64,000 nucleotides of DNA from an uncultured Mycoplasmatota bacterium (lineage in GTDB: Bacteria; Bacillota_I; Bacilli_A; RF39; UBA660): NCBI GenBank assembly GCA_946486465.1, contig CAMLTY010000002.1, forward strand, positions 4,331 to 68,330, given 5' to 3'. The translations under genes were made by a program, and so were the position numbers. Each line of letters starts with the position of its first letter. Within the stretch, counting starts at the first letter, position 1. Positions 9,361-18,255 of this stretch are shown one piece after another. A model generated the notes under the pieces. It saw only the letters and a program-made list of their open reading frames with translations. It was not told the origin of the DNA and searched no databases.

Positions 9361-9383
9361 TTTTTTTAACTTTCTAAATACTC
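9341..9383. repeat. right copy of the 43-44 nt direct repeat (includes last codons and stop of ylbL)
   Basis: TTTCATTCGGTGGCCTTTTATTTTTTTAACTTTCTAAATACTC. Overlaps the ylbL C-terminus ...VEYLES*. Confidence 0.75.
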
Positions 9384-10379
9384 CACCGCTTCATCAAAAG
9401 TTCCTATCGCCTTAATTTCAATATCATAATCATGCTCTTCTTTCTCTTTTAAAGCTTCTTTATAATTATCACCTTTAGGCACCAAAAATAAGTCAGCTTT
9501 AGCTTTTAGCGCTCCATTTAACTTATATTTAACACCACCAATCTCCCCAACAGTACCATCACTACTAATAGTACCAGTTCCAACTATCTTTAAACCATTA
9601 GTTAAGTCACCTTTAGTTAATTTATCATATATTGCAAGAGTTAACATCAAGCCTCCACTAGGACCACCTTCACTTTCTTTAAAGTTAAGTTCTACTTTAG
9701 GATTAGTCTTATATTCATAAATTGTACTAACAGAAACGCCTGTTACTTTATAATCGTCACCTTCTTTAACTGTTGCAATCACATCTTGTTCTTTATCATC
9801 TCTAATAACAGTTACCTTAATCTTATCCCCTACTTCATGATTTTGTACCTCATTAGTATAATCTTCCACATTTTCAATATCCTTGCCATTAACTTTTAAA
9901 AGCTCATCCCCAACTCTTAAGCCATCTTCTTCTTTATCTTCTACATAAATAATATAAAAGTGTTTATTCTTTATCCTAACCTCTTTTCCTGCTTTCTGAT
10001 ATGCTAGCATGATAGCAGTTTGATTAGCATTTTCTAAGTATATTTTATTTCTAAACATAATATCTTCACTCGTCTCATCTTCATTTAACTCTACATCTTC
10101 TTGCTTCTCTATATCATAGCCAGGAATAATATTACCTAATATGAATGATGCCACATTACCTTCTAATTCTTTTACATAAGCAAAGTTAAGAGAACCTTTA
10201 CTCTTATCTTTATCCCCATCTATTACTACTCTATCATCAATATTAATAGTACCTCCCCCAGCATATATATAATAAGGCAAAGGAAAAGTAAAAACAAAGT
10301 AACATATCACTAGAAATATAATAGTTTTATAGTAATCTTTCATAATTTTTTTTAATCTTAAATAAACTTTATTAAGCAT
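9366..10379 (-). CDS. ylbL: YlbL/SepM-type membrane-anchored PDZ + Lon-like (S16) serine protease
   Basis: N-terminal TM, PDZ (LRVGDELLKVNGKDIENVEDY), Lon C-terminal proteolytic domain (GPSGGLMLTLAIYDKL...GTGTISSDGTVGEIGGVKYK). Confidence 0.8.
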   Translation of the reverse strand: MLNKVYLRLKKIMKDYYKTIIFLVICYFVFTFPLPYYIYAGGGTINIDDRVVIDGDKDKSKGSLNFAYVKELEGNVASFILGNIIPGYDIEKQEDVELNEDETSEDIMFRNKIYLENANQTAIMLAYQKAGKEVRIKNKHFYIIYVEDKEEDGLRVGDELLKVNGKDIENVEDYTNEVQNHEVGDKIKVTVIRDDKEQDVIATVKEGDDYKVTGVSVSTIYEYKTNPKVELNFKESEGGPSGGLMLTLAIYDKLTKGDLTNGLKIVGTGTISSDGTVGEIGGVKYKLNGALKAKADLFLVPKGDNYKEALKEKEEHDYDIEIKAIGTFDEAVEYLES

Positions 10380-10424
10380 ATCATCATTCCTTTACTATTA
10401 AATTATATCAAAGAAGGTAATATT

Positions 10425-11336
10425 ATGAAAAGAAAATATCAAGAATTATTAGCAGTACTTATTATATTATTTCTCTACTTAGGTATTTTTATTAACCCTT
10501 CCCTAATTATAGAAAGTGGTATTAGTAGTATTAATATCTTTAAAACAAAACTCTTCCCTTCTATATTCCCCTTCTTTGTCCTTGCATCACTTCTTTTAGA
10601 ACTAGGACTTGCTACTAAAATAAGTATAAAATTAAATCCCCTAATAAGAAAGATATTTCATGTTGAAGGTAATAGTTCTTTTATTATTTTAGTTAGTCTT
10701 ATATCAGGTTTTCCTAGTGGCTCTAAATATATTGTAGAAAGTCTAAAGACTAAAAGCATTTCTAAAGATACTGCGAATTACCTCTTAACCTTTACCCACT
10801 TTGCTAATCCCCTTTTTGTTCTAGGAACCTGTGGGCTTATCTTAAATAGTCTATCTCTTGCCTATAAAATATTAATCATTCAGATACTATCTAACCTAAT
10901 TCTTGGTATTATCCTAAGACCTAAAGAAATTATTTCTTCAAAAATAACTAATAATCATCAAAACAAGTCTTTTTTAGAAGCACTTCCTAAAGCGATAAAT
11001 GATGCGATTAAAGTCCTTTTATTTATGCTAGGAAGTATTACTTTCTTTATGTTCTTTAGTAAATTACTTACAAGTACTCTTTCCCTAAATCCTTTTTTTA
11101 ATACCATACTTACAGGTATTCTTGATATGACTAGTGGTATTAGTCTAGTAAATACTATTGATATAACTAATTACATAAAAGGTTTACTTGTCCTAACCTT
11201 TATCACCTTTGGTAGCTTTTCAGTCCATCTACAAGTATTAAACAACATAAAAGAAGTAGATATAGACTATAAATACTTCTTTTTAGGGAGAATAATTCAA
11301 ACTTCCATCGCTTCTCTCCTTTATATTTTATTCTAA
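10425..11336 (+). CDS. nucleoside-recognition (Gate) domain membrane protein, YlbJ-like
   Basis: 303-aa polytopic membrane protein, divergent from ylbL as in Bacilli. Shorter than B. subtilis YlbJ, so the assignment is tentative. Confidence 0.5.
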   Translation: MKRKYQELLAVLIILFLYLGIFINPSLIIESGISSINIFKTKLFPSIFPFFVLASLLLELGLATKISIKLNPLIRKIFHVEGNSSFIILVSLISGFPSGSKYIVESLKTKSISKDTANYLLTFTHFANPLFVLGTCGLILNSLSLAYKILIIQILSNLILGIILRPKEIISSKITNNHQNKSFLEALPKAINDAIKVLLFMLGSITFFMFFSKLLTSTLSLNPFFNTILTGILDMTSGISLVNTIDITNYIKGLLVLTFITFGSFSVHLQVLNNIKEVDIDYKYFFLGRIIQTSIASLLYILF

Positions 11337-11833
11337 TATACATAATTAACTGGACAGTTTATCATAAAGGAATAGGTCTCATCTTCAAAATTCGGATGAG
11401 TTAAAATTATATTTATTTTTATATAACTATTAGAATCGGGTATATAAGTAATAGAAGAATCAGGGGATAGCATTAAATCAGCGATATTAGGTATCTCATA
11501 GTCTATTACTTCTCCACTTTTACCATAACTAATAACTCCACTATCGGGATCAATTTCTATTGTTGTTGTATAACTATTAGGATTATCAAAAGTAAAAGTA
11601 GCACTGTACCCATCATCGCTTACATTACTATCAACTAAATGTCCCATAATAAAATCAGATTGAATTACTTCTTGTAAATTATTAGAAAAAGATACTACTT
11701 CATTATTAATTTCCTCTATTTGTTCTCTATTTCGATAATTTAGTATTAGATTATACATACTAACAACTATAGTTGAAATGATAATAAAACATACTAACAA
11801 TTCAACTGAAGTTATACCTTTTTTATTCAACAT
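11333..11833 (-). CDS. prepilin-type N-terminal cleavage/methylation domain protein (minor pseudopilin)
   Basis: MLNKKG|ITSVELLV with Glu at +5 and a hydrophobic helix; 166 aa. Confidence 0.5.
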   Translation of the reverse strand: MLNKKGITSVELLVCFIIISTIVVSMYNLILNYRNREQIEEINNEVVSFSNNLQEVIQSDFIMGHLVDSNVSDDGYSATFTFDNPNSYTTTIEIDPDSGVISYGKSGEVIDYEIPNIADLMLSPDSSITYIPDSNSYIKINIILTHPNFEDETYSFMINCPVNYVY

Positions 11834-11841
11834 AAAATCAC

Positions 11842-12384
11842 CTATCCCTTAAAAACTTCTATATTGCCGTATTTATAACTATTGTTAGAAACATACTCTA
11901 CTATTATTCTGTAATATCTTGTCTCAGGTGTCTTAACTGCATTTTTATTATATGTAGGTAGATATGAGATATATTCTCTAAAACTTCTACTAAAACTATT
12001 ATTATCCTTAACAAAATTTTTAAAATTAGATGTTGAATATGTTGTTAAATAAATTTTAGAAACATTATTTACAGTCATAAACGCAGAACAGTTTTGTTGA
12101 GCAGAAGAAACAGTGTATAACGAGCAATCTGATATATCAAGATATCCGGTATTTTTAACATTTGTATAACTTGAATCTGGCAAGCCTTTCAATGCTATCA
12201 TCCGAGCCCAATGGGCAATATAAGTAGATTCCACTGTATCATAGTTTTTATATCGTTCATACTCACCTATCAAAGGAAAAAAATTAGTATAAAGCAAAGA
12301 AAATATACCCATAATAAAAACACCAACAATTAATGTTTCTACTAAAATAAAACCTGTATTATTTATTATTTTTTCCCTTTTCAT
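11842..12384 (-). CDS. prepilin-type N-terminal domain protein (minor pseudopilin)
   Basis: ...NNTG|FILVETLIVGVFIMGIF with Glu at +5; 180 aa. Confidence 0.5.
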   Translation of the reverse strand: MKREKIINNTGFILVETLIVGVFIMGIFSLLYTNFFPLIGEYERYKNYDTVESTYIAHWARMIALKGLPDSSYTNVKNTGYLDISDCSLYTVSSAQQNCSAFMTVNNVSKIYLTTYSTSNFKNFVKDNNSFSRSFREYISYLPTYNKNAVKTPETRYYRIIVEYVSNNSYKYGNIEVFKG

Positions 12385-12462
12385 TTTAAAGCTCCCTCTT
12401 GTAATTAAGTTATTATTACTATATAATATATTATAGTAGAATAAATTAGGAAAGTAAAGGGG

Positions 12463-13791
12463 TTGATACTTTTGGTAACTTATGATATGACAAAAACACC
12501 AATAGTTAATGTTGTAGATGATATAATTGCTAACGCTTCAAAAAAAGGAGCTAGTGATATTCATTTTGATCCTAGAGAAGACTCTTTAATGGTTAGAATT
12601 AGAGTTGATGGAGATTTACAAGATTATACACAAATTCCTAAGATATATGAAAGAAATCTGATAACAAGAATAAAACTTATCGCTAATATGAATATAACTG
12701 AAAGTAGATTACCACAAGATGGTTCAATAAAAGGTAATATAAAAGGACTTAACCTTGAAACTCGTGTATCTACCCTACCTACTAACGAAGGCGAGAAATG
12801 TGTTATTCGTATTCTAGATTATACTAGAAGCTTACAAGGAATTGACGCTTTAGGATTTAATGAAGATAACTTTAAAAAACTTAAGAAAATGATCGCTGAA
12901 CCTAATGGGATTATTTTAATAACAGGAGCGACTGGTTCTGGTAAAAGTACTACAGTTTACTCTATTTTACAAGTTTTAAATAAGAAAGAAACAAATATAA
13001 TTACAGTAGAAGATCCAATAGAAATGAATCTAGAGGGATTAAACCAAGTACAGGTTAATAGTGAAATAGGACTTGACTTTGCAACTGTTTTAAGATCTAT
13101 TTTAAGACAAGACCCTAATGTTATCCTTATTGGTGAAATTCGTGATAGTGAAACAGCTAAAATCGCTGTACGTGCTTCTATTACAGGTCACTTAGTATTA
13201 TCTACAATCCATACTAATAACTCTTTAAGTACTATTGAAAGATTACTTGATATGAATGTAGAAAGATATTTGTTATCAAGTGCCTTATCAGGTATTATTT
13301 CTCAAAAACTTGCTAAGATGGTATGTCCTCATTGTCGGATAAAAGAAAAAACTACTCCATATCAGAAGAAAGTATTTAAGCTAGCTTTAGGTAAAGATGT
13401 TGATGAATTATACAATGCTAATCCTAAAGGATGTGATAAATGTAATAAAGGTTATCATGGACGTATTGCAATTCAAGAAGTATTAATGATTAATGATGAG
13501 ATAAGAAATGCCTTAAATGAAGAAAACTTAGAAAAGGATGATTTAAATAAAATGGTTTATACATCAGATGTTATTACAATGCTTCAAGACGGGCTTTTAA
13601 AAGTATTAGATGGTTCTACAACTTTTGATGAGATATATAAGATAATTGATGTTGATGATGACTTGGATGTTTATTGTAAAATTAGAGGTATTAATTATAA
13701 TGAAAACAATAACATTGAAAAAAAGTATGAAGAAACAGAAAATAAAGTTATTGAAATTGAAAATAAAGAAAAAGAGGATGAAATTTTATAA
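12463..13791 (+). CDS. GspE/PilB/ComGA-family type II/IV secretion ATPase
   Basis: Walker A GATGSGKST, Asp box ITVEDPIE, Walker B VILIGEIRD, His box GHLVLSTIHTN, tetracysteine CPHC...CDKC. Start uncertain (TTG 12463 or ATG 12487). Acidic C-terminal tail. Confidence 0.85.
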   Translation: MILLVTYDMTKTPIVNVVDDIIANASKKGASDIHFDPREDSLMVRIRVDGDLQDYTQIPKIYERNLITRIKLIANMNITESRLPQDGSIKGNIKGLNLETRVSTLPTNEGEKCVIRILDYTRSLQGIDALGFNEDNFKKLKKMIAEPNGIILITGATGSGKSTTVYSILQVLNKKETNIITVEDPIEMNLEGLNQVQVNSEIGLDFATVLRSILRQDPNVILIGEIRDSETAKIAVRASITGHLVLSTIHTNNSLSTIERLLDMNVERYLLSSALSGIISQKLAKMVCPHCRIKEKTTPYQKKVFKLALGKDVDELYNANPKGCDKCNKGYHGRIAIQEVLMINDEIRNALNEENLEKDDLNKMVYTSDVITMLQDGLLKVLDGSTTFDEIYKIIDVDDDLDVYCKIRGINYNENNNIEKKYEETENKVIEIENKEKEDEIL

Positions 13792-15552
13792 TAACTTGAT
13801 TTCTCCTCTTTTGTTTATTTCAATTAAATCTCCATTTTTTAAAACTTTAGTTGCCTTTTTACATCCTACTACACAAGGAACTTTTAACTCTCTTGAAATT
13901 ATAGCAGCATGAGACAAAACACCACCTTCATCAGTAATTATTGCCCTTGCCTTTTTTATAATGTCCATATATTTAGGAGTTGTCATAGGAGTTACTAGTA
14001 TATCTCCTTCTTTAAATTTTCTTAAATCAGTATCATTAAATACTTTAGATACTTTTCCTTTAATATTATCATTTATTGGAGATGTTATCTGCCCTTTTAA
14101 ATCATTAATATTTACTTCTTCTAAATAGATGTTATGTTCTTTAAAGAAAGCATCATAATTATCAGAAGTATATAAATTACCATTATAATAAATATAGCCC
14201 TTTTTTCTTTTTTCTATAGTATCTTTATCTGGGATTTTATTAGACATAAGTTCATCTAAAGTTATAAAATCTATATCATGATACTCTTTATTTTTTAATA
14301 GTATATAATCAACAGCTTTATAAATAATATAATCATACTTTTCTCTAAATTCAATAAGTATTTCTTTTATTCTTGGACTTACATTTTTAAATTTACCTGC
14401 TATTTGTCCTAAACTAGTAAATGGATATATATCAATTAATTTTGCGATATACTTTTTATAATCAATATCTAAATTATTATCAATAACATTATTTAAATAA
14501 TTAATATCTTCTAATACTAAATTATACATAGCTTCTGTTTTAGCATAGTCTTTATCTAAGTAATAATACATAGGACCTGGATGTTCTTCTAAATCAACAT
14601 TATTATAATATACATCTACGACATTATCTTTTTTATTATAAACAAATAAAGGCTTAAAATAGTATAAATTTCTAGTTAGTCTTTTAATTCCTTCATATTC
14701 TCCTTTATAATATATTTCTATATCTATAATAGATTTTTGTCTCGTAATAGATAAAGTAAATGGTTTAGGTAAAGGAGTAACTGATGTTATAGGACGAGCT
14801 TGAAGAATATAACATTTATTATCCTTTATTGCATACTCTATATCCATTGGTTTACTATATAACTTCTCTATTTTTAAAGCTTCATCCATTATATTATTAA
14901 CTATATTATTTCTTAACTTAATAGGCCCTTCAGCAAAGTCTATTTTTTTTGTTTCTTTTCTAATTAAATACTTAGTAGGTGTAACTTTTCCTGAAACTAA
15001 CTTTTCACATAATCCCTCTACTATTTCAACAACACTATAATTATTAGTATCACTAGTAGGATCTATTGTAAATATAACTCCTGAATAATCTGGTAATATC
15101 ATAGTTTGTATTATTACATTCATACCATATAAATCAAAATCACTACTATAATCAATAACATTATTATTATAAAGAGAACACCAACATTTTTTTATATTAT
15201 TAAATATATCTTCTTTATCTACATTTAAAAAAGATTCAAATTGTCCTGCATAAGACTTAGTTGTTCCATCTTCCTCAAGAGAAGAAGATCTAACTGCAAA
15301 TTTAGTACCATTTAGTAATGGTAATTCTCTATCTATTTTGACTTCTAATTCTTTATTTATATCCTGCTTCATAATTAGTTCTTTAATGCTTTGATATTTC
15401 TTTTCTAAACTTAGATCTCTTATAGTTGTATAAATTTTATTAGCTTTCAAAAACATTATATAGTCATCTTTACTTATAATAAAAAATTTAGGTACTAAAA
15501 TATTATTACTAGCTAAATATAATAAGGAATTAGCTTTACCACCATATTTCAT
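13786..15552 (-). CDS. PEP-utilising-enzyme family phosphotransferase (ATP-grasp N-domain + C-terminal swivel phosphohistidine domain, no TIM-barrel domain)
   Basis: N-terminus KYGGKANSLLYL...VPKFFII (PPDK_N-like). C-terminus ILVTPMTTPKYMDII...ITDEGGVLSHAAIISRELKVPCVVG. Confidence 0.65.
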   Translation of the reverse strand: MKYGGKANSLLYLASNNILVPKFFIISKDDYIMFLKANKIYTTIRDLSLEKKYQSIKELIMKQDINKELEVKIDRELPLLNGTKFAVRSSSLEEDGTTKSYAGQFESFLNVDKEDIFNNIKKCWCSLYNNNVIDYSSDFDLYGMNVIIQTMILPDYSGVIFTIDPTSDTNNYSVVEIVEGLCEKLVSGKVTPTKYLIRKETKKIDFAEGPIKLRNNIVNNIMDEALKIEKLYSKPMDIEYAIKDNKCYILQARPITSVTPLPKPFTLSITRQKSIIDIEIYYKGEYEGIKRLTRNLYYFKPLFVYNKKDNVVDVYYNNVDLEEHPGPMYYYLDKDYAKTEAMYNLVLEDINYLNNVIDNNLDIDYKKYIAKLIDIYPFTSLGQIAGKFKNVSPRIKEILIEFREKYDYIIYKAVDYILLKNKEYHDIDFITLDELMSNKIPDKDTIEKRKKGYIYYNGNLYTSDNYDAFFKEHNIYLEEVNINDLKGQITSPINDNIKGKVSKVFNDTDLRKFKEGDILVTPMTTPKYMDIIKKARAIITDEGGVLSHAAIISRELKVPCVVGCKKATKVLKNGDLIEINKRGEIKLL

Positions 15553-15581
15553 AATATCACTACTTTCTAATCTTGGAATAA

Positions 15582-15917
15582 TTACTTTTTGTTATTTTTT
15601 AATTCCCTACTCCATCCCATTACTTTAATATAACTAATAATGCTAATTACTATCATACCTATATTAAGGATAAGAACTAGTATTGCAAATAGATTAAAAT
15701 TGGTAAGACCATTAATAAGGCTTTCTGATTCATTTTCTACCACTACATTACGGCTTCCAAAATAACTTAAAGTAAGTATTAATGTAATAAGAAAATAAAT
15801 GGTTGAAAATATACCTAACTTAATCTTTTTTAATCTAAAAAACTTATATGCACAAACTGCTTCTATAGCCATAAATAAAAATATAACTACTAAAAATAAA
15901 TAATTACCCATAATCAA
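15582..15917 (-). CDS. small membrane protein (3 TM), unknown function
   Basis: 111 aa and hydrophobic; sits between ldh and the PEP-utilising enzyme on the same strand. Confidence 0.4.
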   Translation of the reverse strand: MIMGNYLFLVVIFLFMAIEAVCAYKFFRLKKIKLGIFSTIYFLITLILTLSYFGSRNVVVENESESLINGLTNFNLFAILVLILNIGMIVISIISYIKVMGWSRELKNNKK

Positions 15918-15923
15918 TACCTC

Positions 15924-16838
15924 CTAATACAATTCTTTTGGTAATATTTTATCAAGTGCTTCACTAATTACTTCACTTGATTCCTCTAATTTTTCTTCTT
16001 CTTCATCAGTTAATTTTATATTAATAACTTTCTCTATTCCATTTTTACCTATAATACAAGGTGTAGAAAGATATACATCATAAGTTGTATTGTAATTAGA
16101 TACAGGATATACTTTTTTTAAATCTTTAAGAATACATAATGTAAGTTCTAAAAGACAAGATGCTACTCCATCATTAGTATAACCTTTATGTTTAGTAATT
16201 GTTCCACCCATATGCCGTGTTTCATACTCAAGTTCTTCTTTTTCATCAAGGGATAAAAATCTATTTAAGTTTTCTAAACCTATATTAGCATTACTCCAAG
16301 CGACAAACTGACTATTACCATGTTCTCCTAAAACATAAGCATTTATATCACTAGGTTTTACCTTAATCTTTTTACTAATTAATGACTTTAATCTTGCTGT
16401 ATCAAGCATTGTCCCAGTACCTATTACTTTATTATAGGAATAATCTGTATAATGAGCGATAAGTTCAGTAATAACATCTAATGGATTACAGGCAACTAAT
16501 ACAATAACATTAAAAGAAGTTTCTCTTAATTTATTAGTAATATTTACTACTATCCCATTAGCTTTCTCTAAATCACTCATTCTATCTTTAGTAGACTGGG
16601 GAACACCTGCGGTTATAACAACTATATCAGCATTATCACAGTCACTATAATCACCAATTTTTAAACTGATATTGCTATTTCTATAGACTAAAGATTGTTC
16701 TAAATCAAGTATTTCACCTTCAAGCCTCTCTTCATCTTCATCAATTAAACTTATATCAACATTTATATCAGTCATACATAGTTTTTTTAAGTACGCAAGT
16801 CCTACATTACCACAACCTATAATAACAATACTCTTCAT
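15924..16838 (-). CDS. ldh: L-lactate dehydrogenase family (L-2-hydroxyacid dehydrogenase)
   Basis: IVIIGCGNVGLAY, DIVVITAGVPQ, LDTARLK, GEHGNSQF. Start moved from track 16913 to ATG 16838 (GAAGGA 9 nt upstream). Confidence 0.75.
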   Translation of the reverse strand: MKSIVIIGCGNVGLAYLKKLCMTDINVDISLIDEDEERLEGEILDLEQSLVYRNSNISLKIGDYSDCDNADIVVITAGVPQSTKDRMSDLEKANGIVVNITNKLRETSFNVIVLVACNPLDVITELIAHYTDYSYNKVIGTGTMLDTARLKSLISKKIKVKPSDINAYVLGEHGNSQFVAWSNANIGLENLNRFLSLDEKEELEYETRHMGGTITKHKGYTNDGVASCLLELTLCILKDLKKVYPVSNYNTTYDVYLSTPCIIGKNGIEKVINIKLTDEEEEKLEESSEVISEALDKILPKELY

Positions 16839-16923
16839 CTTCATCAATCCTTCTATAATTAGTCTATCACAGTTTTTAATAATTATAAAGAAAAAAGACG
16901 AATGTAAATTCATCTTTTGGGAT

Positions 16924-18117
16924 TTATTTTTCTAATAGCCACTCTATTATATTCTTATGTATAATTCCATTCCTTGACAAATCTTCTTTATCTAAAGAAA
17001 GAACATACTTAGGTACATCATCATTTAATTCTTCAAAAGCACAGAATTCTCTTTCAATTACTTTATCACTATCTAATAAGTAAGCTACTTGAATATACAT
17101 TTTTTCATCAGTTTTATTGGCAATAAAATCTATCTCTCCTTTTTTAGTTTTTCCTATATATACATCATATCCTCTTTCTAATAATTCATTATATACAACA
17201 TTCTCAATAGCAAAACTCTTATTTATTTCAAAGTTATTATTTTTTATCTGAGCTATTCCTAAATCAGTCATATAATATTTATTTAGGGTTTTTAATATTG
17301 CCTTACCATGAATATCATATCTATAAATTTTATTAATTATTAAAGCTTTACATAAAGCATCTAAATAAATATATAAAGTCTCAGTAGAAATACTCCTTCC
17401 TTCATTTTTTAAATATTTTATAACATTATCTGCTGAGAATTCTCTTCCTGTTGTATCAACAACATATTGTAATAATAGGTTAAACAAAACTATATCTTTA
17501 AGCCCCAACCGTTCTACTACATCTCTTAAAATAATTGAATCAAACACACTATGAAGATAATCTTTTATATTGACTTCATCAGTAAACTGAACTCTATTGG
17601 GAAGTCCTCCCCATTTTACAAAATTCCAAAATGTTTCTTCACTTCTAGGATTTTTTAATGATAGTTCAGTAAATTCTTTGTAACTTAAAGGATAAATATT
17701 AAACAGAACATATCTACCAGATAAAACTGTAGAAAGTTCATTAGATAAAAGCTTACTATTAGAACCAGTTATAAATATACTTATATTAGAAAGAGATGCA
17801 CGTAGTGAGTTTACAACCGTTTCAAACTTTTCAACTCTTTGTATTTCGTCTAAAAATATATAATAAATTTTATCATCTTTAATATTATCTTTAATATATT
17901 TATTTAACTTTCTATAGTCCTGTAATTCTTCATATTCTACAAGTTCAAAGTTAACATATATAATATGGTCATCTTCAATACCTTTTTCTTTTATTTCATC
18001 AACTATTTGATTAAGTATTACAGATTTGCCACATCTTCTAATTCCAACGAGTATTTTTACTAAATCAGAATCATAAAAGCCTCTTATTCTTGATAAATAA
18101 ACTTCCCGTTTTAACAT
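16924..18117 (-). CDS. COG1373-type ATPase (AAA_14 + DUF4143), copy 2
   Basis: Walker A GIRRCGKSV, Walker B IFLDEIQ, C-terminal GKTKKGEIDFIA...YIQV. Confidence 0.8.
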   Translation of the reverse strand: MLKREVYLSRIRGFYDSDLVKILVGIRRCGKSVILNQIVDEIKEKGIEDDHIIYVNFELVEYEELQDYRKLNKYIKDNIKDDKIYYIFLDEIQRVEKFETVVNSLRASLSNISIFITGSNSKLLSNELSTVLSGRYVLFNIYPLSYKEFTELSLKNPRSEETFWNFVKWGGLPNRVQFTDEVNIKDYLHSVFDSIILRDVVERLGLKDIVLFNLLLQYVVDTTGREFSADNVIKYLKNEGRSISTETLYIYLDALCKALIINKIYRYDIHGKAILKTLNKYYMTDLGIAQIKNNNFEINKSFAIENVVYNELLERGYDVYIGKTKKGEIDFIANKTDEKMYIQVAYLLDSDKVIEREFCAFEELNDDVPKYVLSLDKEDLSRNGIIHKNIIEWLLEK

Positions 18118-18136
18118 TTTTTCATCACCTATATTT

Positions 18137-18191
18137 ATTTTAAAATTATATTATGGTTTTGTCAAGTTATTTCGCAAGAACGAAATAACTT
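18137..18191 (-). promoter_or_regulatory. promoter candidate overlapped by an 11-bp-arm palindrome
   Basis: Minus-sense TTGACA (18165-18160), 17 nt, TAAAAT (18142-18137). Palindrome AAGTTATTTCG-N6-CGAAATAACTT (18164..18191) abuts the -35. Confidence 0.35.
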
Positions 18192-18208
18192 TTTTTGCTT
18201 AAAAACTA

Positions 18209-18242
18209 TAAAAAAGTTACTTCTAATCTTTGAAGTAACTTC
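18209..18242 (-). terminator. intrinsic terminator after the ABC permease gene
   Basis: Minus-sense GAAGTTACTTC-loop-GAAGTAACTT followed by TTTTT. Confidence 0.6.
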
Positions 18243-18255
18243 GAGTACATAATAC

